Below, piece by piece: positions 51,245 to 63,420 of a stretch of DNA of 64,000 nucleotides (its first letter is position 1; every line of letters starts with the position of its first letter). The stretch is taken from positions 17,486,001-17,550,000 of the forward strand of contig CM059432.1 in the NCBI GenBank assembly GCA_030390025.1. Direction: 5' to 3'. The translations under genes and the position numbers were made by a program. The notes below the pieces were generated by a model. That model worked only from the letters and a program-made list of their open reading frames with translations. It was not told the DNA's origin and did no database searches. Origin of the DNA: Squalus acanthias (lineage: Eukaryota).

Positions 51245-52170
51245 CTAGCAAACACTCCCCCTAGGACAGCGGTCCCGGCCCTGCCCAGGTGCAGACCGTC
51301 CGGTTTGTACTGGTCCCACCTCCCCCAGAACCGGTTCCAATGTCCCAGGAATTTGAATCTCTCCCCCTTGCACCATTCCTCTAGCCACGTATTCATTTGA
51401 AATATCCTCCTATTTCTACTCTGACTAGCACGTGGCACTGGTAGCAATCCTGAGATTACTACCTTTAAGGTCCTATTTTTTAATTTACCTCCTAACTCCC
51501 TATATTCTGCTTTTAGGACCTCATCCCCTTTTTTACCTATATCGTTGGTGCCTATGTGCACCACGACAGCTGGCTGTTCGCCCTCCCCCTCCAAAATGTT
51601 CTGTAGCCGCTCTGAGACATCCTTGACCCTTGCACCAGGGAGGCAACACACCATCCTGGAGTCTCGGTTGCGGCCGCAGAAACCCCTATCTATTCCCCTT
51701 ACAATTGAGTCCCCTACCACTATAGCTCTTCCACTCTTTTTCCTCCCAGCCTGTGCAGCAGAGCCACCCATGGTGCCAGGAATTTGGCTGCTGCTGCCTT
51801 CCCCTGATAAGTCATCCCCCCCAACAGTATTCAAAGTGGTATATCTGTTTGAGAGGGGGATGTCCACAGGGGACCCCTGCACTACCTGCCTGCACCTCTT
51901 ACTCTGCCTGGTGGTCACCCATTTACTTCCTGCCTGTACACCCTTTGCCTGCGGTGTGACCAACTCACTAAACGTGCTATTCACGAGGTTCTCAGCATCG
52001 CGAATGCTCCAATACACATCCAATCGCAGCTCCAGCGCCGTAATGCGGTCTGCCAGTAGCTGTAGCTGGATACACTTCCCGCACACATGGTTGTCAAGGA
52101 CACCGTAAGGGTCCCTGATTTCCCATATAGCACAGGAAGAGCATACCACGGGGCCGAGCTCTCCTGCCAT
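51220..52170 (-). CDS. CR1 ORF1: zinc finger, coiled coil and SGNH esterase-like domain (316 aa)
   Basis: CSSC..CGKC, heptad L repeat, IVVGDS, CLPGA, HIGTND, DGLHL. Confidence 0.92.
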   Translation of the reverse strand: MAGELGPVVCSSCAIWEIRDPYGVLDNHVCGKCIQLQLLADRITALELRLDVYWSIRDAENLVNSTFSELVTPQAKGVQAGSKWVTTRQSKRCRQVVQGSPVDIPLSNRYTTLNTVGGDDLSGEGSSSQIPGTMGGSAAQAGRKKSGRAIVVGDSIVRGIDRGFCGRNRDSRMVCCLPGARVKDVSERLQNILEGEGEQPAVVVHIGTNDIGKKGDEVLKAEYRELGGKLKNRTLKVVISGLLPVPRASQSRNRRIFQMNTWLEEWCKGERFKFLGHWNRFWGRWDQYKPDGLHLGRAGTAVLGGVFASAVGEGLN

Positions 52171-53076
52171 GACTTACCCTTTAATTAATTCAAATTAAAT
52201 TAAAACAAATCAATCCCACCAATTGCACTACAGTTAAATGATATACTTAAGGGCCCTGGTTTACCAACAGTCCCCGCTACACCACAGAGAGCTTAGAAAC
52301 TATAAACCAGAGTTTAAGTTTAAAAAGAGAGAAATACTCACTAACCAATGGAGGTGGAAATAGGTGATTTTAGCCATGGCATGGCTATGTGGTCGGAAGC
52401 TCGTCTCAGGGTTAAATAGGACACCAAGGTTGCGAACAGTTTAGTTCAGCCTCAGACAGTTGCCAGGGAGAGGGATGGAGTCGGTGGCTAGGGAATGGAG
52501 TTTGTGGTGGGAACCGAAGACAATGGCTTCGGTCTTCCCAATATTTAGTTGGAGGAAATTTCGTGCTCATCCAGTACTGGATGTCGGACAAGCAGTCTGA
52601 CAATTTAGAGACAGTGGAGGGGTCGAATGAGGATGTGGTGAGGTAGAGCTGGGTGTCGTCTGCGTATATGCAATATGTTAATTTGCTGTGGACACTCCCA
52701 GCTCGCATGTAACAGATACACTCTTTGTTATGTGGCACAAATTCCTCACCTTCTCCATGAAGGCTGCCAAGCAAGAGGAAAGAGCTGTGGGATTTGCCAG
52801 AATTGCTGGATTTCCACAGGTACAGGGAATCATAGGCTGCACTTACGTAGCCCACTTTGCTCTCTATCATCAACTAGCAATGGTCTACGACAGGAAGGGC
52901 TTTCATTCCTTGAATGTGCAGCTCATCTGTGACCACAGGCGGGCTTTTATTCAGGTTTGTGCTCGGTTTCCTGGCAGTAGTCATGATGCTTACATCCTGC
53001 GCTAGTTCTCATCATCCCCTACTTACACCTGTACCATCGGGCTAGAGGCTGGCTACTTAGGGCCAAGGGGTATCCC

Positions 53077-54247
53077 TGTAGGGGGTAGTGTTTTGTGTCA
53101 GCTTCACCTCTGACTTCTGAGTGGTTTGAATCGCTCCCACTCCCTTGGTTCTAGACCGTGGACTTGTTTGGGGGTTGTGATAAAAAGGTGCAGCAGACAA
53201 CTGAGTTTGATGCAAGAACTTTGATCTTTATTCAAGAAAGTAAAACACAACACAAACACTCTTAACACTCTAAAAGTGGGGAACACTTCGGTACAAGCGA
53301 GGGAAATAACATTAGAAGAATACTTCACCCCTCCCAATCCCACTTCACCAGCTAGGTTGGACTCTGGAGAACCAGGGATAATGCTCACCAAACGAATCCT
53401 TGACAGTTGAGAGTTAGGGTTTAGAGTCTTTTGAGTAAAAGGTTTCGTACGGCCCTTGTTGCCGCGAGGTGTCTGATGGTCACTGAGGCGGTCGCTCTGG
53501 TCTCTTCTTGCGTGTCGGCCTGCTTCTGGAGCTGTTGGCCTTCTTTGTTGAATTGCTTTCTTTTGAACTCTGCCTCTGTTTAAACTGTCTTCTTCTGAGC
53601 TGTAGAACTGCCTTCTTGCAGAACTGTAACTGTTGTGCTGGAGAACTGGAGAACTCCCTTCTTACTGAACTGTCTTCTTTAACTGCCCAACTTGCTTCTC
53701 CTGAACTCTGTAACTCCAGCACTGACTTCTGCTGAAAACAGGCTTTCAATTGAACTCCAAACTGCAGAACTGCCTTCCGTTGAACTTGAACTGTTGTTAC
53801 TGGAGAACTGTTGAGAACGGGCCTTTAATTTTTGGAGGCCTCGTTAACAGTAACGACTTTACTGGTTTTGTAAGTGTGTGAAGTGGTTTCAGGATAGCTC
53901 CATCCTGTCGATCTGTTGTTTAAGCGGAGTTTGAATTGTCCTCATGTTTTGAGTTTCTTGACTGGGCCTAGGACTTCTATAGAATATTTGCTTTATGCAT
54001 GTCTTTAATGGGTTCTGTAAACGGTTTTGATGGGACCTGTTGTTTTGGGTGGGACTGTCTTCTCCCAGGGTCTATTGTCAAAATGTTAATGCTTGCTGGG
54101 GCTTTGAGTGAGGTCATCCCGATTCCCCAGACATTGCAATTAACTGCAATACCCAAAACTGCTCTTACAGAGGTTGAACCCACCTCTTGTTCCTTTACAG
54201 GCCCAGACATAGTTTTAAAATGCCAAAACTTGGTTCTTGGTCTTACA
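53077..54247 (-). mobile_element. Candidate solo LTR (Gypsy-like)
   Basis: TGTAGG..CTTACA termini; starts exactly where transposase homology stops; minus-strand AATAAA near 53227; no TSD found. Confidence 0.35.
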
Positions 54248-54315
54248 GTCTTTTAGGTTAGGCTCAAATACAATATTGTCACTCTGAGGTAGTTCCAAAG
54301 TCCTTTTTCCTTAGG

Positions 54316-54753
54316 TTTTGTGGATCTGCAAATTTTGTAAACCTTACGGCACCAACCACAAACTATGGAACCTAGAGATAAATAAAACCACACGGGGCAC
54401 AGCGAGACAGAAATGCAAACATGTGGTTTTACTAAAGGTTACAAAATTATAACAACAGGTGAGATCATAAAGATCATGTGACAATAAATATAGGCGAACG
54501 GTTCTGTGACGCGAGATAGGGAATTAGCCAATCAGCAACTGTGCACGCTTTTAGCCAATTAAAACAGTATAACGGGATTGTGCACGAGGCTACCACGACT
54601 TTTGAACGCATAAATATGTAACGCTTACTGTATCAATTTGGAGAAGTCTCCTGGTGCGCCAGTCGAGATTGTCTCCCCACCGGTGTAATAAAGACCATTT
54701 GAATAACGATCTAAAACCTTCTGCCGAGTGTTGGTTTAAAATACTCCACAACA
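54316..54753 (+). mobile_element. Candidate solo LTR (ERV-like)
   Basis: ttttgtgga / tccacaaca inverted termini; two CCAAT boxes, cataaat and AATAAA in U3-R-U5 order; no TSD found. Confidence 0.4.
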
Positions 54754-54754
54754 G

Positions 54755-56980
54755 CTTCTAAGCAAGTATATCCTTCTTTAGAAAAGGAGACCAAAACTGT
54801 GCACAGTACTCCAGGTGTGGTCTCACCCAGGCCCTGTACAATTGTAGCAAGACTTCCTTACTCTTATACTCCAACCCCATTGCAATAAAGGCTAACATGC
54901 CATTTGCCTTCCTAATCGCTTGCTGTATGTGCACGCTAACTCTCTGTGTTTCTTGTACTAGGACACCTAAATCTCTCTGAACCTCAACATTTAATAGTTT
55001 CTCACCATTTAAAAAATATTCTGTTTTCCTATTTTTCCTACCAAAGTGAATAACCTCACATTTCCCCACATTATACTCCATCTGTCATCTTATTGCCCAT
55101 TCATTTAACCTGTCTATATCCCTTTGCAGGATCTTTGTGTCCTCCTCACAGCTTACTTTCTCACCTAGCTTTGTACCATCAGCAAACTTGGATATATTAC
55201 ACTCGGTCCCTTCATCTAGGTCATTAATATAGATTGTAAATAGCCGAGGCCCAAGCACTGATCCTTGCGGCACCCCACTAGTTACAGCCTGCCAACCGGA
55301 AAATTACCCGTTTATCACTACTCTCTGATTTCTGTCCGTTAACCAATCCTCTATCCATGCTAATACATAACCCCAACCCCATGAGCACTTATCTTGCGTA
55401 ACAACCTTTTATGTGACACCTTATCGAATGCCTTTTAGAAATCCAAATATACTACATCCATTGATTCTCCTTTATCTACCCTGTTAGTTACATCCTCAAA
55501 AACTCTAATAAATTTGTTAAACATGATTTCCCTTTCATATAACCATATTGATTCTCCCTAATCATATTATGATTTTCTAAGTACACTGTTACCACTTCCT
55601 TAATAATGGATTCCAGCATTTTCCCAATGACTGATGTCAGGCTAACTGGCCTATAGTTCCCTGTTTTCCCTGTCCCTCCTTTCTTAAATAGTAGGGTTAT
55701 ATTTGCTACCTTCCAATCCGTTGGGACTGTTCCAGATTTTTGGAATTTTGGAAGATCACAATGAATGCATCCACTATCTCTGCAGCCAGCTCTTTTAGAA
55801 CCTAGGATGTAAACCATCAGGCCCAGGGGATTTGTCAGCTTTTAGCCCCATTAATTTCTCAAGTACTTTTTCTCTACTGATATTAATTACTTTAAGTTCC
55901 TCACTCTCATTAGCCTTTTGGTTCCCCACTATTTTTGGTATGCTTTTTGTGTTTTCTACTGTGAAGACAGACACAAAATATTTGTTTGAATTCTCTGCCA
56001 TTTCCTTGTTCCCCATTATAATTTCTCCTGTCTCAGCCTCTAAGGGACCAATGCTTACTTTTGCTACTCTCTTCTTTTTGCATACTTGCTCTTACAATCT
56101 GTTTTTATATTTCTTGCTAATTTACTCTCATATTCTATTTTCTCCTTTTTTTTATCAATGTTTTGGTCATCCTTTGCTGGTTTCTAAAGCTTTCCCAATC
56201 CTCAGGCTTACTACTGTTCTTCACAACATTATAAACCTCTTCTTTTAATCTAATACTATCCTTAACTTCTTTAGTTAACCACAAATGTATCACTTTTCCC
56301 CTGGATTTTTTATTTCTCAATGCAATGTATATTCATTGAAGTTTTGGAATATTTCTTTAAATGTTTGCCACTGCTTATTTACTGTCATACCTTTGCTAAT
56401 TTCCCACTCTATCTTAGCCAACTCGCCAACCATACCTATGTCATTGGATTTATTTAAGTTTAAGACTCTCGTTTCAGATGTAAGAATGTCACTCTCAAAC
56501 TCAATGTGAAATTCTATCATATTATGATCACTCTTCCCCAGAGTATCCTTTACTATGAGATTACTAATTAACCCTGTCTCATTACACAAAACAAAATCTA
56601 AAATAGCGTGTTCCCTGGTTGGGTCCATGACATATTGTACTAGGAAACTGTCTCGAATGCATTCCATGAACTCATCCTCCAGACTACCCTTGCCAATTTG
56701 ATTTGCCCAATCTATATGAAGATTAAAGTCCCCCACGATTATTGCATTACCTTTGTTACAAGCTCCTACTATTTCTTGATTAATACTCTGTCCAACGGTA
56801 TAGCTATTGTTAGGGGCCCTGTAAACTACTCCCACCACCATTTTCTGTCCCTTGTTATTTCTTATCTCCACCATTTTGATTTTACTGCCTGATCTTCTGA
56901 GTCAAGATCCTTTCTCACTACTGTCCTTATGTCATCCTTTATTATCAAGGCTATCCCCCACTACTTTTCCAGTCTGCCTG
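54755..56980 (-). mobile_element. Degraded CR1 ORF2 (endonuclease to RT), 3' end missing
   Basis: [32 protein letters not shown]; multiple frameshifts. Confidence 0.9.
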
Positions 56981-57394
56981 TACACATGCACACAGTTCAC
57001 CAACAAAGATACACAGATGTGCCACAAAATAGGCTCTGTTAGGATAATGCAAGTCACTCTTGGAGGCTCCAATTTTAACTCCTGGCTAGTTTTCGGTGGG
57101 TGAGAAGCGGTGTGAGTTAGAAACTCATCCACTGCTCCAGAATTGAGGCTCGGGGTATTTTAGTTCCCGGGCCTCATTCAAACCCTGCCGGCTGACTACC
57201 CACCTGTTCCGGACGGAAAATCCATCCTTGTTGTCTGGTGTTATAAAATCTGATCCGCAATATAAAACGGGATACATTCCACAGCATTGGGAGCCCCAGA
57301 CATGGTCATGTGCTCTGTTCCTGTATATGGAGCCAAGAGCAAAGGAATCAATCCCTTGTATAAGTAAAAAAAAAAGCACTGCTTATATGGAATG

Positions 57395-58360
57395 TTACAT
57401 CTTTGGGGAGATGCACTGACTGAAAAGATGGTGGAAGCAGATTCAATAGCGACTTTCAAGACGGAATTGGAAAAATACTTGAAAAGGAGAAATTTGCTGG
57501 ACTATAGGGAAAGAACAGGGAAGTGGGACTAATTGGATAGAATCATAGAATCATAGAATGATACAGCACAGAAGGAGGTCATTTGCCCCATCGTGCCTGT
57601 GCTGGCTCTTTGAAAGAGCTATCCAATTAGACCCACCCCCCTGCTCTTTCCCCCAAACCCTGAAAATGTATCCCCTTCAAATATTTATCCAATTCCCTTT
57701 TGCAAGTTATTGAATCTGCTTCAGGCAGTGCATTCCAGACCATGACAACTCGATGCGTAATATTTTTTCCTCATGTCGCCTCTGGTTCTTTTGCTACTTA
57801 CCTTAAATCTGTGTCCTCTGGTTACTGACCCTTCTGCCATTTGAAACAGTTTCTCCTTACTTACTTTATCGAAACCCTTCATGATTTTGAAAACCTCTAT
57901 CAATTGTCCCCTTAACCTTCTCTGCTCTAAGGAGAACAATCCCAGTTTCTCTAGTCTCGTCACATAACTGAAGTCTTTCATCTCTGGTACCATTCTAGCA
58001 AATCTCCTCTGCACCCTCTCAAAGGCCTTGACATCCTTCCGAAAGTGTTGTGCTCAGAATTGGCCGCAATAATCCAGCTGAGGTCTAACCAGAGTTTCAT
58101 AAAGGTTTAGCACAACTTCCTTGCTTTTGTATTCTATGCCTCTATTCATAAAGCCAAGGATCCCGTATGCCTTTTCCCCAGCCTTCTCAACTTGTCCTGC
58201 CACCTTCAGAGAGTTGTGGATGTAACCCCCTCCCCCCAGGTCTCTCTGATCCTGCACGCCTTTTAAAATTGTACTATTTAGTTTATATTACAGCTCTTTC
58301 AAAGAACCGGCACAGACACAATGGGCCAAATGGCCGCCTTCTATGCTGTATGATTCTATG
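57395..58360. mobile_element. Plus-strand CR1 3' end split by a minus-strand CR1 (57541-~58290)
   Basis: aattggatag|..|ctctttcaaagaaccgg rejoins; the insert has an (attctatg)n tail. Confidence 0.75.
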
Positions 58361-58884
58361 AGGGATGCAGGATGAGGTAAAGGAATGAGATCAATATGGA
58401 ATACTCATCCCAGAAAGCCCTACCTTGATGATGTAAATTCTAGGTCCATCTCTGGCTGGCTGCCAATGAGATAAGCAATGACCAATATCTCACTGCCAGC
58501 TTCTCCTTTAAGCAAAAGGAAAATGTAAATGCTATTATAAAACTACAGCAGCACTGAATTAAGGAATTCAAAATACTTATGGTTACACATCTGAATTCCA
58601 CATACAAAACTGTGACTAATTGGATAGAATCATAGAATCATAGAATGATACAGCACAGAAGGAGGTCATTCGCCCCATCGTGCCTGTGCCGGCTCTTTGA
58701 AAGAGCTATCCAATTAGACCCACCCCTCTGCTCTTTCCCCCAAACCCTGCAAATTTATCCCCTTCAAATATTTATGCTACCTTACCTTTGTCCTGTACTG
58801 TGTCGTCCAGCCATCCTGTACAGGTGCCCCTTCTCCCATAACTGGTCCCAATGCCCCAAGAATCTGAAACCTTCCCTCCTTTGC

Positions 58885-59725
58885 TAAAAAATTAATTCAG
58901 GGGATGTGGGTGTCGCTGGCAAGGCCAGCATTTACTGCCCATCCCTAACTGCCCTTGAGAAGGTGGTGGTGAGCCGTCTTTTTGAATCACTGCTGTCCGT
59001 GTGGTGAAGGTACTCCCACAGTGCTGTTAGGTGGAGTGTCCCAGGATTTTGAGCCAGCGACGATGAAAGAACGGCGATATATTTCCAGGTCAGGATGGTG
59101 TGTGACTTGGAGGTGATGGTGTTCCCATGCGCTTGCTGTACTTGTCCTTCTAGGTGGTAGAGGTCACGGGTTTGGGAGGTGCTGTCGAAGAAGCCTTGGC
59201 AAGTTGCTGCAGTGCATCTTATAGATGGTACACACTGCAGCCACATTGTACCGGTGGTGGAGGGAGTGAATGTTTAAGGTGGTGGATGGGGTGCCGATCA
59301 AGTGGGCTGCTTTTTCCTGGATGGTGTCAAGCTTCTTGAGTGTTGTTGGAGCTGCACCCATCCAAGTAATTGGAGAGTATTCCATCAGACTTGTGCCTTG
59401 TAGCCACAGTACTTATTAGGAGGTGAGTCACTCACTGCAGAATAGCCAGCCTCTGACCTGCTCTTGTAGCCACAGTATTTATGTGGCTGGTCCAGTTAAG
59501 TTTCTGGTCAATGGTGACCCTCCAGGATGTTGATGGTGGGGGATTTGGCGGTGGTAATGCCGTTGATTGTCAAGGGGAAGTGGTTAGACTCTCTCTTGTT
59601 GGAGATAGTCATTGCCTGGCACTTGTGTGGCGCGACTGATACTTGCAACTTATCAGCCCAAGCCTGGATGTTGTCGAGGTCTTGCTGGATGTGGGCATGG
59701 ACAGCTTCATTATCTGAGGAACTGC
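58885..59725 (-). mobile_element. Poly(A)-type LINE ORF2 C-terminal fragment inside a CR1 ORF1 relic (58790-58885, 59760-59885)
   Basis: QQDLDNIQAWAD, MEYSPITWMGAA..HSLHHR.. Confidence 0.75.
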
Positions 59726-61174
59726 CTCCTGCATCACTTCTCCAGCCACGCATTTACCTGCACTATCTTCCGGTTTCTATACTTGCTAGCGTGTGGCACT
59801 GGGAGTAATCCTGAGATTAATACCTTTGAGGTCCTGTTTTTAATCTTTTTCCTAACTCCTGAAACTCTGCCTGAAGGACCTCAACTGTGACCAGAACTGT
59901 ACACAGTACACTAGCTGTGGCCTAACTAGTGTTTTATACAGTTCAAGCATAACCTCCCTGCTCTTATATTCTATGCCTCGGCTAATAAAGGGAAGTATCC
60001 TGTATGCCTTCTTAACCACCTTATCTACCTGTCCTGTTACCTTCAGGGATCTGTGGACATGCACTCTAAGGTCTCTATGTTCCTCTATACTTCTCAGTAT
60101 CCTACCATTTATTGTGTATTCCCTTGCCTTGTTAGCCCTCCCCAAATACATTACCTCACACTTCTCCGGATTGAATTCCATTTGCCACTTTTCTGCCCAC
60201 CTGACCAGTCCATTGATATCTTCCTGCAGTCTACAGCTTTCGTCCTCACTATAAACCACACGGCCAATTTTTGTATCATCTGCAAACTTCTTAATCATGC
60301 CCTCTACATTGAAGTTTAAATCATTGATATATACCACAAAAAACAAGGGATCTAGTACTGAGCCCTGCGGAATCCCACTGGAAACAGCCTTCCAGTCACA
60401 AAAACAACCGTCAACCATTATCCTTTGCTTCTTGCCACTGAGCCAATCTTGGATCCAACTTGCCACTTTCCCTTGGATCCCATGCGCTTTTACTTTTCAG
60501 ACCAGTCTGCCATGTGGGACCTTGTCAAAAGCCTTGCTAAAATCCATGTAGGCTACATCAAACGCGATACCCTCATCGACCCTCCTTGTTACCTCCTCAA
60601 AAAATTCAATCAAGTTAGTCAGACATGAGCTTCCCTTAACAAATCCATGCTGACTGTCCTTGATTAATCCATGCCTTTCTAAATGACAATTTATACTGTC
60701 CCTCAGAGTTTTTTCCAATAATTTGCCCACCACCGAGGTTAGGCCGACCAGACTGTAATTACTTGGCCTATCCCTTTCTCCCCTTTTAAACAACAATGTT
60801 GCCAGGACTGGAGAGTTTTAGCTATGAGGAAAGATTGGATAGGCTGGGATAGTTTTCTTTGGAGCAGAGGAGGCTGAGGGGAGACTTAATTGAGGTATAT
60901 AAAATTATGAGGGGCCTAGATAGAGTGGATAGGAAGGACCTATTTCCCTTAGGAGAGAGGTCAATAACCAGGGGCATAGATTTAAAGTAATGCTGTGATT
61001 ATTTGCACGAACACCTTTGCGGCCTTCTGCGCATGCGCGCGGTATACCGGAGCCACGCATGCACAGTACAGAACAGTTATGCATTGCAGCCTGTACCGTG
61101 GGCCACGTTTTCCTTGGCTCCGTGTGTAGAAGGTCAGGGGATCCGTTGGTGGCCGGGGGAGTTGGGGGGCGGGG

Positions 61175-62660
61175 TAGAGAGAGGATTGAAAGGGGGGAGA
61201 GAGGATCGAAGGGGGGAGAGAGAGAGAATTGGAGAGAGAGAGAGGATCGGGGATAGAGAGAGAGAGGTTGGAGAGAGAGAGGATCGGAGGGGAGAGAGAG
61301 AGAATCAGAGAGAGAAAGAGGATCGGAGAGAGAGGATCGGAGGGGGAGAGAGAGAGGATTGGAGAGAGAGAGTGGATTGGAGAGAGAGAGGATTGAAGAG
61401 AGAGGATCGGAGGGGGGGAGAGAGAGAGAGGGTCGGAGGGCGGCGAGAGAGATAGGATTGGAGGGGGAGAGAGAGGATCGACGGGAGAGAGAGGATCGAA
61501 GGGGACAGAAGATCAAAGGGGAGAGAGAGGATCAAAGGGGAGAGAGAGGATTGAAGGGGAGAGTGGATCGAAGGAGAGAGTGGATCGAAGGAGAGAGTGG
61601 ATCGAAGGAGAGAGAGGATCGAAGGAGAGAGAGGATCGAAGGAGGGAGAGGATCGAAGGAGAGAGAGGATCAAAGGGAGAGAGGATCGAAGGGAGAGAGG
61701 CTCGAAGGGGAGAGAAGATCAAAGGGAGAGATGATCAAAGGGAGAGAGGATCGAAGGGGAGAGAGGATCAAAGGGAGAGAGGATCGAAGGGGAGAGAGGA
61801 TCGAAGGGAGAGAGGATCGAAGGGGAGAGAGGATCGAAGGGAGAGTGGATCGAAGGGGAGAGAGGATCGAAGGGAGAGAGGATCGAAGGGGAGAGAGGAT
61901 CGAAGGGAGAGAGGATCGAAGGGGAGAGAGGATCGAAGGGAGAGAGGATCGAAGGGGAGAGAGGATCGAAGGGAGAGTGGATCGAAGGGGAGAGAGGATC
62001 GAAGGGAGAGTGGATCGAAGGGGAGAGAGGATCAAAGGAGAGAGAGGATCGAAGGGGAGAGAGGATCGAAGGAGAGAGAGGATCAAAGGGGAGAGAGGAT
62101 CGAAGGGAGAGTGGATCGAAGGGGAGAGAGGATCGAAGGGAGAGTGGATCGAAGGGGAGAGAGGATCGAAGGGGAGAGAGGATCGAAGGGGAGAGAGGAT
62201 CGAAGGGAGAGAGGATCGAAGGGAGAGAGGATCGAAGGGGAGAGAGGATCGAAGGGAGAGAGGATCGAAGGGGAGAGAGGATCGAAGGGAGAGAGGATCG
62301 AAGGGGAGAGAGGATCGAAAGGGGAGTAGGATCGAAGGGAGAGTGGATCGAAGGGGAGAGAGGATCGAAGGGAGAGTGGATCGAAGGGGAGAGAGGATCG
62401 AAGGAGAGAGAGGATCGAAGGGGAGAGAGGATCGAAGGAGAGATAGGATCGAAGGGAGAGAGGATCGAATGGGAGAGAGGATCGAAGGGGAGAGAGGATC
62501 GAAGGGGAGAGAGGATCGAAGGGAGAGAGGATCAAAAGGAGAGAGGATCGAAGGAGAGCGAGGATTGAAGGGAGAGAGGATCGAATGGGAGAGAGGATCG
62601 AAGGAGAGAGAGGATTGAAGGGGGAGAGAGTGGATTGGAGGGGGAGAGGAGAGAAGCTTG
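61175..62660. repeat. GA-rich minisatellite (gagaggatcgaaggg[ga])n, 15-17-bp units
   Basis: Directly visible; homogeneous centre, decayed edges. Confidence 0.95.
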
Positions 62661-63034
62661 GAGGAGGGAGAGGAAGTCAGAAACTCGGGCGGGCGGAGAA
62701 GGTCAGGAACTCGGGGGGCAGTAAAAAACATGGAGAGCAGAGTGGGGATGGGGGAGGAACGTGATCCAGGACTAAAGTGGGGGTGAGAGCGAGAACGTGA
62801 TCCAGATGGGAAGACGGATCACATTCTTCCAACCCCACCCCCACCCCCTTTACACCCGCACCATGTTCTGGCTCTCCTCCCCCAGACCTGGTTGATTTCT
62901 CGGAAAGCTCGGTGCGTGTGTGGCAAGTGACATCATTGGACTGGAATAAATCCGGAAGTTATGACACTGTCATTATTCACTTCATACATAATAAACCTGT
63001 TAACAATCCGTGACCCACATATAATGCCCCATCT

Positions 63035-63420
63035 ATCGGGGGGGGGAGAGAAAGTCAGGGACCCAGGGAGGGGGGCGGGGGGAGCGGGAGAAGGAACTTG
63101 GGGGTAGAAGGTCAGGAACCTGGTGATAGGGAGGTCAGGAACTTGGGCAAGGGGAGAAGGTCAGGACCCCGGGCAGGGGGGGAGGAACTTGTGGAGGGGG
63201 AGAAGATCAAGAACTTGGGGGAGGAGATGGTCAGGAACCCGGGGGGGGGGGGGGAGTCAGGAACTTGGGAGGGGAGGGGGGAAGGTCAGGAATGTGGGCA
63301 GGGCAGAAGGTCAGGCAATTGTTGGGGAGGGAAAAGGTCAGAAACTCGGGGGGTGGGGGGGAAGGTTAGGAACTAGTTCGGGGGGGCAGGAACTTGTTTG
63401 GGGGGGGATGAAGGTCCTAA
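63035..63420. repeat. G-rich degenerate repeat (gaaggtcaggaac-Gn)
   Basis: Recurrent ggtcagga motif separated by G runs. Confidence 0.8.

Larger units (their letters stand above)
48081..52348 (-). mobile_element. Near-full-length, young CR1 LINE (ORF1 + ORF2)
   Basis: 5' UTR, ORF1, ORF2 with two lesions, 3' UTR and (ttcttatg)n tail. Confidence 0.93.
47451..52668 (-). mobile_element. L2-clade LINE split into 47451-48080 and 52349-52668 by a full-length CR1
   Basis: YADDTQLY, WLPVKQRLDFKIL, (ttg)n tail; gcgatgttat|ggaggtggaaatagg rejoins. Confidence 0.85.
46810..53076 (+). pseudogene. Relic Harbinger transposase split into ~47230-47450 and ~52668-53076
   Basis: gaggtcactgttgcccttaac..gggtcattccag (VTVALN..GSFQ); GFARIAGFPQVQG..RKGFHSLNVQLICD..FPGSSHDAYILR..GWLL.AKGYP; left boundary uncertain. 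Confidence 0.75.

Noticed and set aside
60905..62731. Long ORFs of 203-419 aa
   Set aside because: Artefacts of a stop-poor minisatellite.
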